Part shown: piece after piece, positions 12,101 to 25,337 of the stretch
Position numbering within the stretch: position 1 is the stretch's first letter
How the letters are laid out: every line of letters begins with the position of its first letter
Assembly: GCA_001179505.1 (NCBI GenBank)
Contig: CDMY01000098.1
Span: 1 to 64,000, forward strand
Reading direction: 5' to 3'
Source of the DNA: Vitrella brassicaformis CCMP3155
Lineage: Eukaryota > Protista > Chromerida
DNA length: 64,000 nucleotides
Notes under the pieces: generated by a model
What the model saw: only the letters and a program-made list of their open reading frames with translations
Told to the model about the DNA's origin: nothing
The model's database searches: none
Position numbers and translations under genes: made by a program

Positions 12101-12861
12101 TTGTTGCTTGTTTGCTTGCTTGAGTGACTCGAACGACGGAAATGAGTGACCCTGAGTCACGGGAGAGAAGGGGACCGAAGAGAGAGAGGTGACAAAAAAG
12201 GCAGAAAGAGGCTTTTCTGGCCATGCTGCTCACCTGAGACGACGCGCCTCCAGCCAACAAGACAGGCTGCGCCGATCCCTTCGTCCCTTGCTCTCAGTCA
12301 GAGTCTTCAGCTCACAGCATACGCAACCTCGCGTGGATGAACCGTTGCCTCGCGCGTTGATTGAGGCTCACAGACACTGCTGCGCCGGCACAGCTGCAAG
12401 ACACAAGTCGCTGCAACCGCACGGAGAGCACAGGAAACCAAAGGTCAAGCTTGCAAACTTGCCCCCACGCCCCCCATTTCGCATGCACTCGTCGCGCCCC
12501 CTTTGAGCTCGCATTTCGCCGTCGGCATTGCAAAAGAGCTCTTTTTGAGTCTCTGTGAGCAGTAGTGCCCTTCATTCAACCGAACTCTCGTCCCTCTGTC
12601 ATCGCGGCGCTCATCTTTGAGCCCCAACGACGGTCCGTGAGCCGTCTCGGCTGCTCGTCGAGCCCTTCGCCGCCGCCAACTCGTCGCTCTGCCTCGCCAG
12701 GAGGCCTGTTCTGCTGATATCGGCCGGTCCAAGACCGCCACTGAAGAGCTCGCCAATCCCTTAGCGGCCGACTCGTCCGTCCGTCTCATATTTCGTCTGC
12801 TCTGACATTTGTCGGCCTCTGCCCGCTGCCTATGACGCCGTATTATCTCAACTCGACGGCC

Positions 12862-13561
12862 ATGGAGAGCAGCGACACCATGTCTCACGCCCCCAACTTC
12901 ACCCACGGCTTCCCCCAGGGCTACGGGTCGTATGAGGGTCAGCAGAAACTGCAGCCAAGGAGCCGCCGCGTCCGGCCAGCCTGCTCCAACCACACGAACC
13001 ACCCTCTCGCCGAGCCCATCCCGACGCACGGCCACGAGCGCATCGCAAGGAAGAGCTTCCACCCCGGCTGTGTGAAGGAGACGGGCCGTGTGGGCGGACG
13101 GGTGAGTGCAGGGAGCAACGACTCGACACAGATGCCGCCATCCCGTCAGGACAGCGACCGCAGTGTCGATGGGGGGGTGGATGTACACCAGTATCAGGGA
13201 GAGGTGGGGGTGGGGATGGGGAGGGGTGTGATGGGTTGGGGGGCGGCTGTGTGTACATACCAGCCGCATGTGGTGCTGTATCGCCCGGAGGCGCTGCGCA
13301 TCATCATGCCGGCGACACCTGCAACCGCCCGCCACGTGTCAGGTACACAAAACGACAAAGGGACGGACATCGAGGGGTCTGTATCACCATGGCCTTTGTG
13401 TGTGTTGTCCATTAGGTTTCTCTACTCAGCAGCAGCAGCAGCACGACTGTTGCGACCTGTGTGCAGCGGTGTATGACGTGGTCGACGGCATCGGGGAGTG
13501 TGTGGTGTCAGCTGTGGAGGGGGCTATCGACCGCCTGAAGTGGTTCTTCACTTTCGAGTGA
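12862..13561 (+). CDS. Small hypothetical protein (~160 aa, 3 exons) with C-terminal Cys motif
   Basis: Exons ~12862-13101, ~13264-13341 and ~13415-13561 join in frame through GT-AG sites and end HDCCDLCAAVYDVVDGIGECVVSAVEGAIDRLKWFFTFE*. Confidence 0.6.
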
Positions 13562-14480
13562 CGACTAATCCATCGGTCTGCCAGGTGCGTGAGGGGAACA
13601 GAAACACACACGGAGAGTGGAAAGGAGAAGAGACGCATACATGCAAGTATGTATGTATGTGTGTATTCTTCCTTGTCTGTCCCTCTGGTTGTCTGTCTAC
13701 AGCCATCCATTCGCCAGGCTGCGGCCGCGGTTGGATGCGATGCCCGTGCTGTGTCTGTCTGTCTATCTCAACTATCGACCTGGAGGGATACAGTACACAT
13801 ATGGTGACGGAACTCACACACACACACACACGAGGGGGAGGAGACACGTGCACCACATACGCTTCACTCGCCACACACGCGGGATGGGATACGGACGGGC
13901 ATTGTGTTTGGATGGAGAGGGAGCGAGCGAGTGTTGTGTTTGCATGTATGTATCCTATCCATCTGTGTGTGTCTCTCTTTGCTCTTGGCGGCTGTGCCGT
14001 GTGTGCCCCATATCACACACCATGCCATGCCATGCATGGCACCCATGTGTCGTGTGTATACGTCTCCCTTCTTGACGGCTATGCGGTCTCACCCATACAT
14101 ATCACACAATGGCACACATGTACATTTCTGTTTGGGCAGCCGGGGCGGGCAGATTTTGATGGCAAACCTTTCTGCTTAGTTGATCGTCTCCTTAATTTCC
14201 TTCCTGCCTGCTACAGCAGACAAGTATCCTTGTCGTTCGTCTCCTCCTTAGTTGGCTTCCTGAGCATCTCCCTCCCCCGCCGTCCTCGTGTTCTCATTCA
14301 CGGGTTGATTGGCCCGGCCCACTTTTCTGCCTTGGCTGCGTATTTTTTGTCGCCCTCCTGACGTGTGGCCGTCTGTGTGGTGTGATGTGTGGTGTGGTGT
14401 GGTGTAATGTGCGATGGGAGATGGTGACGGCCACAGACAGAGAGATAAGGATATATGGATGGCTGGATGACCTCCCCCCC

Positions 14481-14780
14481 NNNNNNNNNNNNNNNNNNNN
14501 NNNNNNNNNNNNNNNNNNNNNNNNNNNNNNNNNNNNNNNNNNNNNNNNNNNNNNNNNNNNNNNNNNNNNNNNNNNNNNNNNNNNNNNNNNNNNNNNNNNN
14601 NNNNNNNNNNNNNNNNNNNNNNNNNNNNNNNNNNNNNNNNNNNNNNNNNNNNNNNNNNNNNNNNNNNNNNNNNNNNNNNNNNNNNNNNNNNNNNNNNNNN
14701 NNNNNNNNNNNNNNNNNNNNNNNNNNNNNNNNNNNNNNNNNNNNNNNNNNNNNNNNNNNNNNNNNNNNNNNNNNNNNNNN
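14481..14780. other. Assembly gap (300 N)
   Basis: Run of N flanked by poly-C. Confidence 1.
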
Positions 14781-16267
14781 GCCCCCCCCCCCCCCCCCCC
14801 CCACACACGCCTCATCAGGACACAAGCGCCATGATCCTTTTCTCTCGTGTGGATATGTATGTGTGTATGGGTGTCTGTCTACACATTGCGCGACGCGACC
14901 GACACGGATAATGATAGACAGACAGACAGACAGACAGTGTGTGGCAGTGCCTGCCTGGCCATTCTCCCTCTCTCTTAGTCTTCGCTTCACTCACACACAC
15001 ACACACACACACACACAAGTGCCTGCCGGGGATGTGTGGGTGGCTGAGGGTTTGGCGAGACGCGACAGACAAAGATAAAGACAGACAGACAGACAGACAG
15101 CGGCTCGTTCAGGCTACCCACCTACCTGGCCGCTCTCTCCCTCCCTCTCTCTCAGTGTGTCCTTTGCTGTGGTGTGTGTGTGAATTCGCCCGCTCGGGTG
15201 GACTGACTGTTGCTATGCTCATCTCCTCAATTGCTCGTTAATGCTTCATTCCTCCCTTAATCCCACTACTACAACAAAAGACAGGCCTTTTTGTCCTTTG
15301 CCTTCTCTGGCTGGCGATTGTCTTGTTAACCGTCTCCTTCCTCAACTAAGTGTTCCCGCCAATTGGTTCCCGCGTTGTCTCATTCATGTGTTTATGGGCC
15401 GTGGATCTCTGACGACACACTGTCTCGCTCTTCTGCTGCCCGTGTGCTGTGCTGTGCTGCCATGGCTGTGCTGTGTGATGGGAGACGGCCACGGCGGCCG
15501 ACAGAATGATAAACATTGACAAAGGGATGGATGTTCGGTTGCTCAACCACACACATGCACACTCACACACACGGACGGATGCCTCACTGCAACATAACTG
15601 TCTGCTCCTTGTGTCTCCCAGACGTCCGTGTGTCGACTTGCCACGGATGTGTGTGTGTGTGTGTGGGTGAGTGTCTGTCGCGTCGATGAATGGATGGATG
15701 GATGCACGTGTGATATGAATGATATCAGCCAATAACGGACCAACAGGATCGGGTTGGCCACCACTGGATCAATGCATTGGATGGCATAACAAACAAGACA
15801 AGGAGGGATGGTGCACTCACTGCACCACCGACACAAAGCCATAGATAGTCAATTCACTGTCGGTCATGAATGTCTTGACAATAAGCGGCAAAACAGCGGT
15901 CGTACGCAATGCAATAGGCGACACAAACGGACGTACGCATCAGATCACATGTATCTCGTCCAGCCAGCCAGAGATATGCACGAGCCTCTGCCTCTCTCAC
16001 TGTCTCTCTCTGTGTCTGTCTCTCTGTCTGTCTGTCGTCACATCACACCACATCACACCTCACCACCTCACCCACCAGACGACCAAACGCATTCGACTGA
16101 TTGACTGACTGACATCTCCCCGAAGACACAAAATTGCCGCTCGTCGAGCAGCTACGAACACCCACCCTCACACACGCGCACCGATAAGGAGAGGGGAGGG
16201 GACACTTCTGCGTTGCCTAGCAGCGGAGATGAACCGTTGAACACCCACCCTCTCCCTCGTCCCTCCA

Positions 16268-18421
16268 TCAGCCAAACATCTGGTTGAGAGTGCCTGCACA
16301 CACACAGACAACCGCGTGTGTGTTAGATAGAGTGTCTGTCTGTCTGTCTGTCCGTGTGGGTACCGCACCATTGGCGGTGAGCACTATCCATAGGAAGCCG
16401 ACGACAAACGACGCCAGGCACGAGAAGACGTGGATGAACACCGCAAACCGCCAACGATTGATCGACACCCGGTACGTCACTGACACCAACACACACACCA
16501 ACACACACACCATATGAGGCCACTGCGCCCACACCTTCACACCCATTGCCGGCCGGCTGCCTACTCTCGCCATATGCGGCTGCAAGGAAGCCCATAGTGA
16601 GTGTGGTGACCAGCAAAAAGAGACAGAGGTACACCAAACCGTCCAAGGGATCGGCGAATTTCGACGCTGGCAACAGGCCGAGCAAACCACCAGGGCCTGA
16701 TCCACATCGACACGCACACACAGGGCGCCCATCCACCAACACAACACAATGCAACACAACATAAGCCCAGTGTTTGTGTGTGTCGGTCGTCCTCCCTACC
16801 AGCGACGCCGTGCAGGATGCCCATGCAGACGGCCGTGACCTTCTGCAGCATGCCCCCCGCCCCCCTGCTGCTGCTAGTGACAGCGCTGGTGGTAGTGCTG
16901 TCCCCGAGGTGACGGTGGTGGCCGTGCCCATGGCCCTCCCACCAATGCCCATGAGGATGAGAGTGAGAAAGAGGGTGAGGGTGAGAAAGGGGCTGCATCA
17001 CCATGGGCAGTGCCACTGACGACCTGCCACTCTCCTGAGTGGGTGTGGTCGGCGAATCATTGTCACTCTCGCCGTGGCCATGCCGGGTCAGCATGGGCAA
17101 TTCCAGCGGCCGCCGGCTCTCCTCCGGCGGCGCGTCCGCCTCGTTGGAGAGGTGCCATTCTGGCGGTGTGTGGTGCGGATGGTCGTCTCGAGTGCCCTCA
17201 GATGAGCTGCTAGTGCTGCTGGTGGTCGGGGTGCAGCTGGTACTGCTCTCCCCGCCTCCCTCGCCCTCCCCGCCATCCTCATCGCCGTGTCGGGTGGCCA
17301 TGGTGACGGCGCTCTCGCCATCTCTCCTGCCCATATCTCCTCCTTTGATCTCTCCGTTGCCGTCACCATCTGGCCATCCATCGTCGGCGAGCGGCGCTTG
17401 GTTGCCAATCACGCGAGGGCTGCGGTTGACGGGCGTGTGTGTGGTGGACGAGAGAGGGGTCGATGCGCTGTCGCTAGCTGCCGCTTGTGACACAGCCCAT
17501 GACGTGGCAGCACCATGGTCGTCTTCAGGGAGCGTCCTGTATGCGCCAGGAGGGCCGAGAAGCTGCGGTTGCTGCTGCAGCTGTAGTTGTTGCTGTGGCG
17601 ACCATGGGTCTCTCTCGTGTTGCTTGGCAGGGTCCGCATCGCACGGGCTGTTGGTGTCGGTGCCGAGAGCCACAGCCCCGTAGACATAGGAGGGGTGGGT
17701 GCAGTCGCCGCCCAGCGGCAGATGGATGTTTTCCCTGATGCGGCTCAGCCACCCCCCTGACGCCATAGCCATCTCCACCGCCTCACCCCCGCCACTACCG
17801 CCGCCCTTGCCATTGTCATGGTGATGATGCGACACATGACTCTCGCCATTGACGACATGGAGGGTCCTGGCGTCCTCCTCGACCCCCCTCTCCACACACA
17901 TGTCCTCCCCCCCAGTGGCTAGTGCTTCAAGCGCCACATCATCCCCACCACTCCCAGCGACAACACCCCCACAGATATCGCCCTTATCGGTCCTGAGCTC
18001 CCTCCACGACTGCACGGCGTAGACTAGAGAGAAGACCACCATGGCCGCGCCGGCGATGTAGTTGATGATGTCGTCTAGCAGCGGGCTCACAAGGCCCGTT
18101 CCTCGGTGGTGGCCCTTGGCTGATTGGTGATGTTGGCTGCGCAGCCCCCACAGCACCAGACCCACCAGCAACAGGCCTATGGAGTGACCTGCAGACAGAC
18201 AGACAGACAGACACCAGAAACAAACAAAGTGGTTGTAAGTGGTGTGGTGTGGTGTTGGTGCACCCACGGCACGTACCGATGCCCCATCTGATGCCGTAGT
18301 AGAAGGCTTTGAACCGCTTGCGCACACAGATAGTGATGATGGCCGACACGTGGTCAGGGCCAGTCAGCACGTGAGCTATCCCCGATAACACCGACGTCAA
18401 AATCGCACGATATAGCATCAT
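16268..18421 (-). CDS. NiCoT/UreH/HupN-like nickel-cobalt transporter family membrane protein with a very large low-complexity loop
   Basis: SGIAHVLTGPDHVSAI (HxxxGPDH signature), YGIRWGIGHSIGLL, GILHGVAGPGGLLGLLP, MGFLAAAYGEMTYR, and a terminal TM helix ..GFLWIVLTANGTLNQMFG*. Five exons join in frame. Confidence 0.82.
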
Positions 18422-18607
18422 AATCAAAGATAGCCAAAGCGCCTCCGCCGCGCCACCGAACAATAGATGTCCCAAGTTGCTCCCAACAATCAGCAGAAAA
18501 CAGGACGCACCAAGCAAGGCACCAAGCCTCTACCTTTGGAAGCCTGGGGCGCCTGCTCGACTTCTCATATCTCTCACCCTCCCATCCGACCTCCTGCGAA
18601 TCTGCAA

Positions 18608-18650
18608 CAGCAGTTTCAGGGAGCACCCTAGGCGGATCTTCTAAGCTCGC
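18608..18650. promoter_or_regulatory. Candidate promoter module: 28-bp element CAGCAGTTTCAGGGAGCACCCTAGGCGG plus AAGCTCGCA
   Basis: Lies in the divergent NiCoT/ALYREF intergenic region. 26/28 identical to the reverse complement of 58619-58646. AAGCTCGC at 18643-18650. Confidence 0.55.
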
Positions 18651-18788
18651 AGCAAACGTGCTTCAGGGTGTCCGGTTAGCTGTGTATCATCGACCACCCG
18701 AGCCGCCAGCTCACTCTCAGCAGCCCTCACCTTCCAAATAGCACCACTGAGTTGAGTGAGGACAGCACCACTGACTCAGGAGACGACG

Positions 18789-20520
18789 ATGGAGGTCGAA
18801 AAGAAGCTCGACATGTCACTGGGTACGCACGTCAGCAACCCAACCTCCACATCAGCCGCATCGCATTCTCGGTGAAGTGTTCTGTCTCTCTCCCTCTGTG
18901 TGTGTGAGCAGATGACATCATCAGTGGCGGTGACAGGAAGGGCGGCAGCGGTGGCGGCGGCGGGTCTTCAGGCGGGGGAGGGGGAGGGCGTCGGCTGGGG
19001 CGTGGGATTGGCAGGGGGCGTGGCCGCAGCCGTAATGCGGCATCGGCTCCTCCCAGGCGATACAACCAGTCTGTGCAGCTGCTCAAGGTGAGCCGAGCCT
19101 CGGTGCACGCGGCGCGGGAGCCGTGTCTCTGACCTGACCGTCCATCTGTCTGCTGGATGCAGGCTCGTGATGCCCCGGGTCGTGCCCTCATGGATCGCGG
19201 GCGCCGCGGCGGTTCAGGACAAGTAAGCGACAAAAGGAAAGGAGCAACGAGGAGGGAGGGAGGGAGGGAGGGAGCGACCCACCACAGCATTCATCCTTCC
19301 CTGCCATGTGCCATGTGCTGTGTGCTGTGTGGCGTGTGTGTGTGTGTGTGTGTGCTGTGTGTGTGTGTGTGTGTGCGTGCTGTGTGTGTGTGTGTGTGTG
19401 TGTATGTGTAGGGTCGCGGCGGCCGCGGGGTTCGAGTGACACTCAACCGCCGCGCTGAAGGTAGGTAAAACCCCCACAGCACGATCACTGACAACGACAC
19501 GAGCCAGCAAGGTTGGAGAGAGGAGAGCAAGGGATGGAGGCATGGATGGCGTCATGAGCCGAGCAAGCATCCGGGCGGGGGACTCATCTCATCTGGTGGA
19601 TGGATGGGTGGACGGTGCTCGCTTCGCTTGCTCGTCATGAGATTGATGATGCCTTCCTTGATCACCTTCATTACGAAGCCTACTCTGCTGAGATGATCAT
19701 GTTGCTCTTTCTGCTGCCTGCCTGCCTGCCTTGGGTGGTCTGCTTCCTTCCTCTTATTATGGTATCCGCAGCGATGATGGAGGGCCCGCAGCGCCGCGCC
19801 GAGGGCACCACCGTGACCATCGAAGGGCTCGAGTACTCTGTCATGCAAGACGACCTATACGTAGGCACAGCTCCCGGGAGGAAGGAGAGAGCCACACACA
19901 CACACACACACACAGATGCAGACAGAGATGTGTGTGGTGTGGTGTGGTGTGTTGTGTTGTGTTCTTGTGTGTGTGTGCAGGAGTTGTTTCAGAGCATCGG
20001 TCAGGTGGTCAAGGTCTGGATCGACTACGACAGCACGGACCGATCGGCAGTAAGCACTTACACACACATCGACATCACATGGCAAAACCACTCTGTGGGG
20101 GTTGTATGTGTGCAGGGCAGCGGCGGTGTCGTGTTCGCCAGCACGGCGGACGCCGAGCAGGCCGTCAAGCGTTACAACGGTACCTATCCATCCATCCATC
20201 CACACACATGGATCGACGACCACGTGCAGTGCACTCCCTCGCGCTCATCGGCCTGTCTGTCTGTCTGTCTGTCAGGTAAGCTCCTGGACGGTAAGCAGCT
20301 GAGTTTGGAGTTGGACCCCTACGCCCAGCCCAACACCAGCTCCAGCGGCGGCTTCGGCGGCATGATGCCCACACGCGGGCGGTCAGTCTCAGACACACCA
20401 CACCCATCTCCTTCATCACGTGTGGACGTGTCCGTGTGTGTGTGTGTGTGCAGGGGTCGCGGCCGCGGGCGTGCGTTGCTGCAGCCGGCCAGGGGCCGCG
20501 GCGGACCCAGCGGCTGGTGA
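18789..20520 (+). CDS. ALYREF/Yra1/THOC4-like mRNA export adaptor (N-terminal UBM, RGG region, RRM)
   Basis: MEVEKKLDMSLDDII is the REF N-terminal motif; a Gly/Arg-rich region follows, then the RRM TTVTIEGLEYSVMQDDLYELFQSIGQVVKVWIDYDSTDRS.GSGGVVFASTADAEQAVKRYNGKLLDGKQLSLEL. Confidence 0.85.
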
Positions 20521-21073
20521 AACACCACAGCCATTGCAAGACCAACAAACACATGGATGGATGGATGGATAGCTTGACTGACTGACAAACCAACTATCTA
20601 GCGAGCGACGTAGAACAGACAGGCGGCCCGACGGACGGTTGATTGACTGAGTGGCTTGGCTTGGCTTGGCTTGCTTGGCTGCGTGAGATTGGTTGGCTGC
20701 GTCCATATGATGAGCTGTTTTCAAGAGTGGATGGATGGATGGAGGGAGGGATGGTGAATCTTGTACAGACAATGCCTCTGTTTGTGTGTTTGAGTGTGTG
20801 TGTGTGTGTGTGCATCTGCCTGAGTACCTGCGATTCGCTGACTGGATGGATGGATGGCTTGCCGGAGTAAGGTAGTGCTCGCAGGTCAGGTAGCCTTGAT
20901 ACCTGTGTGTGTGTGGACGGATAAATGGATGGATGGACCGATTGGATGAATAGATATCACTCAACCCCCCCCCCTCCCCCTCCCCCTCCCCCTCCTCACG
21001 CACACAAGTGGTCTGTCTGCGAGTCATTCAGTCTATCATCACTCACTCCATAGCGCTCTGATGGTCAGTCACC

Positions 21074-22675
21074 TCACCCGTGCCTGTTGAGCAGCTTGGT
21101 GAACTGGTCAAACAGATCCTTGTTAGACTCACCTGCACACACACACACACACACAGAGGCAGAAGACCGTCATGCACAGCGGACGGACGGACGCTCACCA
21201 AAGAGCTGCTCGGCAGTCGCGAGGGTCTCTTCCCTGGAGCAAGGAACACAACACAACACATCACGATAGATGTGTCCGTCAGTCCGTCCATTGGGCTGAT
21301 GGGCTCAAGACACATGCCCACACCCACACCCCAGGGCACCGCACCCACCGTGTCTGTGTGTGGTTGTTGAGCCGTTTGATAGCCGTGAGGAACTGGTTGA
21401 AGTGCTCATAGGTCATGCGGGCGCGCGCATCCCTGGTCAGTCAGTACAGGCAACAACACACACACCTATCAACCAACACCAAATGTACCAGATAGGTGCG
21501 TCGACGACCTGAAGAACTGTTTGCCGTCGACGAGGGAGCCGCCGCCAGTGGCAGCGCCCAGGAAGCTGATCGATTTTGGACAGAAGCGATGGAATATGGC
21601 TGTTCTCTCTCGTGTGTGTGGGTGGGGTGGGGGGGGGTCTTACTCGCCGCCCGCCCCCTCGGTCCTCAGCTGAGCCCCCGCTGAGTGCACACCCACACAC
21701 ACCCACACACACAGATACAGGTGGACGGACGGCTGGTTGGATCTGATTGATGCGCATGTCTGTCTGGTGTGCGTGTAGTGTGTGTGTAGGTCACGTACGC
21801 TGTGCGGGCGATGACTTGCTCATCTCCACGCTACTGATTGCAATCAACACAACAGACAGACAGACAGACAGACAGAGGGAATCTTTGACAGGCAGGCAGG
21901 CAGGTTGCCATCCCTCCACCACTCCCTCCCTCCCTCCCTCCCTCGCCGCACGGACCGTGTGCCCTCGCCCCCTCCACGCATCTCTGCACGGCACACAGAG
22001 AAACAAGACAACAAGAGACAGACAGACATACACACACACAGCACAGTGTGTATCCACCGACGCACTCTTTGCACGTCATCCGGCCGACGGATGGCGAGTT
22101 GTGTCCAGTGCTGTCTGTCTGTCTGTCCGGCCCACCCCACCCCACTCACCGCTCATGGTGAGTGGCGCGGCCATGTCCAGATGGTGGTCCTCACCATAGT
22201 ACTCCTGCACAATCACAATCACAATCACAATCACAATCACACGTGTGAGGATGAGATAGATAACTGATGTGACGGTTGGGTTGAGTTGACAAGTCGGGAG
22301 AAGGGTCGGTCTGTGTCGTGTCGTGTCGTCTTTCTTGCCTTGCTGAGTATGGCCTCAGTCTGTATGGTGTTGTCATCCTGCAGCGACGTCAGCACGGCCT
22401 TGCGCAGACTCTCAAGACGCTGGATGTCACGGTGCAACTACAACATAACACAACACAACCACACATCAACAGGCACACACACCAACAGGCACACACACGC
22501 GGCCGCACACACACGTATGGTTGGATGCACTGCAGTGCATTGGATACCGACCGCACCTTCTTGATGGTGGCGACAAGGTGTTTGTTCTCCTCGGTCATGG
22601 CGTCGCACCGCTGCCTGGTCTCCAGCAGCTCCACCTCCAGCATGCTGTTCTTCTTCTGCAACGCACTGATCTGAA

Positions 22676-22707
<32 letters not shown>

Positions 22708-23051
22708 CGCAGCCCAGCCACATGAAGTGACGATTGATTCGTGAAGGTGGGTGGGATGGGGTGGCCACCCCTAGCTGACCGCGCCGGCCTTCTCGTCGAC
22801 GAGTCCCTTGAGGTTCCTGAGTTCGTTGTCCAGGTTCTGCACCCGGCTCTTGTACGCATTCGATATGATGCGGAAACCCAAAGCCAGCTGCTCTGCGCAC
22901 GCACACACACACGCACACACGCACACACACATACCAAGACACAGTATACTTGCCACCATTTTAATTGCCGTGCGGCAGCGGTGCTGTGCCCTCGCTGACC
23001 TTCGGGGTCTGCCGGCAGCATGTTCATCACATCCCGGTTCTGCGCAGCCAT
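21074..23051 (-). CDS. At4g15545-like conserved coiled-coil protein
   Basis: N-terminus LPADPEEQLALGFRIISNAYKSRVQNLDNE..LVATIKKLHRDIQRLESLRKAVLTSLQDD; C-terminus VDGKQFFRDARARMTYEHFNQFLTAIKRLN..SREETLATAEQLFGESNKDLFDQFTKLLNRHG*. Both match my recollection of the plant At4g15545 family. Confidence 0.8.
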
Positions 23052-23402
23052 CCTGTCTGCCTGAGGCTCCCTCTCTCTCCTTCCCTCTACGGGCGCATGC
23101 GACAGAGCTCTGCCCCTCAGACGACAGACACCAGAACGACAGCAGACGCCTGCAAGGACAGACACCACATAAGAAAGGGCGGCAACGAGTAACAATGAGT
23201 GACCGAGCCCACAGGCAGGGCAGCCTCCTTGTGTCCTTATGTGTGCTTTGTTCATATGATTGAGCTTACTGAAGGCGACTGCACAGCTAGTCGAGCAGCT
23301 CAGCTGACAATTGAGTGCTCGATGGCCAACTGAGCCTCTAAGCTATCTGCAATGGTCGAAGAGAGCGATATTTGCAGTGGTCCAAGGAAGAACCTTGATT
23401 TT

Positions 23403-23411
23403 TGCGAGCTT
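23403..23411 (+). promoter_or_regulatory. TGCGAGCTT motif in divergent promoter
   Basis: Exact 9-mer about 30 bp upstream of the Arc1p/AIMP1-like ATG; it recurs in other divergent intergenic regions. Confidence 0.5.
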
Positions 23412-23440
23412 GAATCCCTTCGAGAGAGATCTGCGGGCGC

Positions 23441-25302
23441 ATGATGGAGCTGTTGTTGGACGCATCTGCGTCCCCCGCGTGCAGTGCCGCCCAGCTCGTG
23501 GCCGTCTACGCCGGCCTGGTGTCCAAGAACGTTGTCACCGTCTTGAAGCTGTCGCACAATGCGCAGAAGCTCCTCAACCTGCCGAAGGTGAGTTTCACTC
23601 GGTCGGTGAGCACATCACACACACTGCTGCAGCAGTGATCTGTATGTGTGTGTGTGTGTTTTGGCGCGAGAGGGAGGTCTCTGATGTGTGCGTGTGTGTG
23701 TGTGTGTGAATGTGTGTATGTGTGTATGTGTGCAGCTGCCTTGTCTGGTGAATGGGAGCGGTTTGCTGACGCAGCCGGGGGCCATTCTGAAGTGCCTGGC
23801 CGGCAGCAGCCAGTACACCAAGATACTCGAGAATGTCACGCCACTCGGCAAGGTGAGCTAGTTGAGTGGCGCGCGGCCTCTTCATCCGGTCATTGATCGG
23901 AGTCGCTGCTTCATTGCATGTGTGTGTGTGTGTGTGTGTGTGGTGGGTGCAGGCAGAGATCGACCAGTGGCTGTCATTCCTTGCTCAGCGGGACTATGCC
24001 GTCACTGATGCAGCCGCCATTAAGGTATACACAACACACGAAAGACAGACGAACCTCGTCAGACAGTACTAACACCTCTCTCTCTCTCTCTCTCTCTTGT
24101 GTGCGTGTGTGGGTGTGTGTGTGGTGGATGGGTGTATCTGACAGACGCTGAATGGCCATTTGCAGACCCGAACGTTCATGGCGGCAAACAACGTCACACT
24201 CGCAGACCTCGGCACCTACCCCGCTGTCCACCAGTGGATGGTATGGTGCACACACACAATCACACAGGCGTACGTATCTCTGCGGCAATCATCTGGATGG
24301 ATGGATGGATGTGGTTCATTCAGGTGGGTGCAAGTGCCGAGGAGCGCTTGGCGCACTGCAATGTGACGCGGTGGTTCGACCACATCCAGCACCTGCCCGG
24401 CATCTCCAAGGCAGTCGGCCACCTCACCACTGTGGACATCCACACCGACCCCGTAAGTCAGTCAGCCTTGTGTGTGCTGGACGGACAAGAAGCAAGGTGC
24501 TGTCTGTTGGTCCGTTTGTGTGTCCCTAAGGTGCCTGCTGCTGCTGCTGCTGGATCGGCTAATGGTAATGCAGCTGCTGGTGGTGCGGACAAGAGCAAAG
24601 GCGCGATGGTCAATGGCGTGGCGGACCAGGCCAAAGCCAAGGTAGGTGAGCGCATCTCATCTGGCCCATTCTCTCTCCTGTGTGCCACGCCAGCCATGTG
24701 TCTGTGTGCGCGTGTGTGTGTGTGTGTGTTTGTTAAGGCCAAGAAGGCCGCCAAAGAGGATAAGAAGAAGGAGAGGGCCGAGAAAAAAGCGGAAAACAGC
24801 AACAACAAAGGTAGGTAGCAAATCGGTCTGTCTGTCCGTCCGTCGGTCCACCCACCTACCCACTACCTTGTGCTCCGTCCATTATGCTATGCGCCTGCTG
24901 TGTCGGTGTCGGTGTCGGTGTGATTTGATTGTGTGTGACGTGACTGTGTGACCTCGTGACGTGACAGCTCCCGAGCGGCCGGTTGAGGACGTGACGCGAC
25001 TCGATGTGCGCGTTGGGCAGATCACCAAAGTCTGGCAGCACCCTGAAGCAGACAAGTGAGCGCAGCGCACAGACCGACACACACACACAGGAAGGCAATC
25101 CAATCACGCCAATCAAGCGTGTGCTGTGCACGAGTGTCGGTCGCTACGCCTGTGTGCTAGGCTTTACTGCGAGGAGATTGACATAGGCGAGGAGAAGCCG
25201 CGGCAGATCGCATCGGGGCTGGTGCCCTACGTGCCCATCGAACAGATGCAAGACGCAATGGCACGCACAGCACAGCACAGCACAGCACACGGCACAACCA
25301 CA

Positions 25303-25337
<35 letters not shown>

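Noticed and set aside
12532-12545. Perfect 14-bp palindrome AAAAGAGCTCTTTT in a divergent intergenic region
   Set aside because: A single occurrence of low complexity; not enough to call an element.
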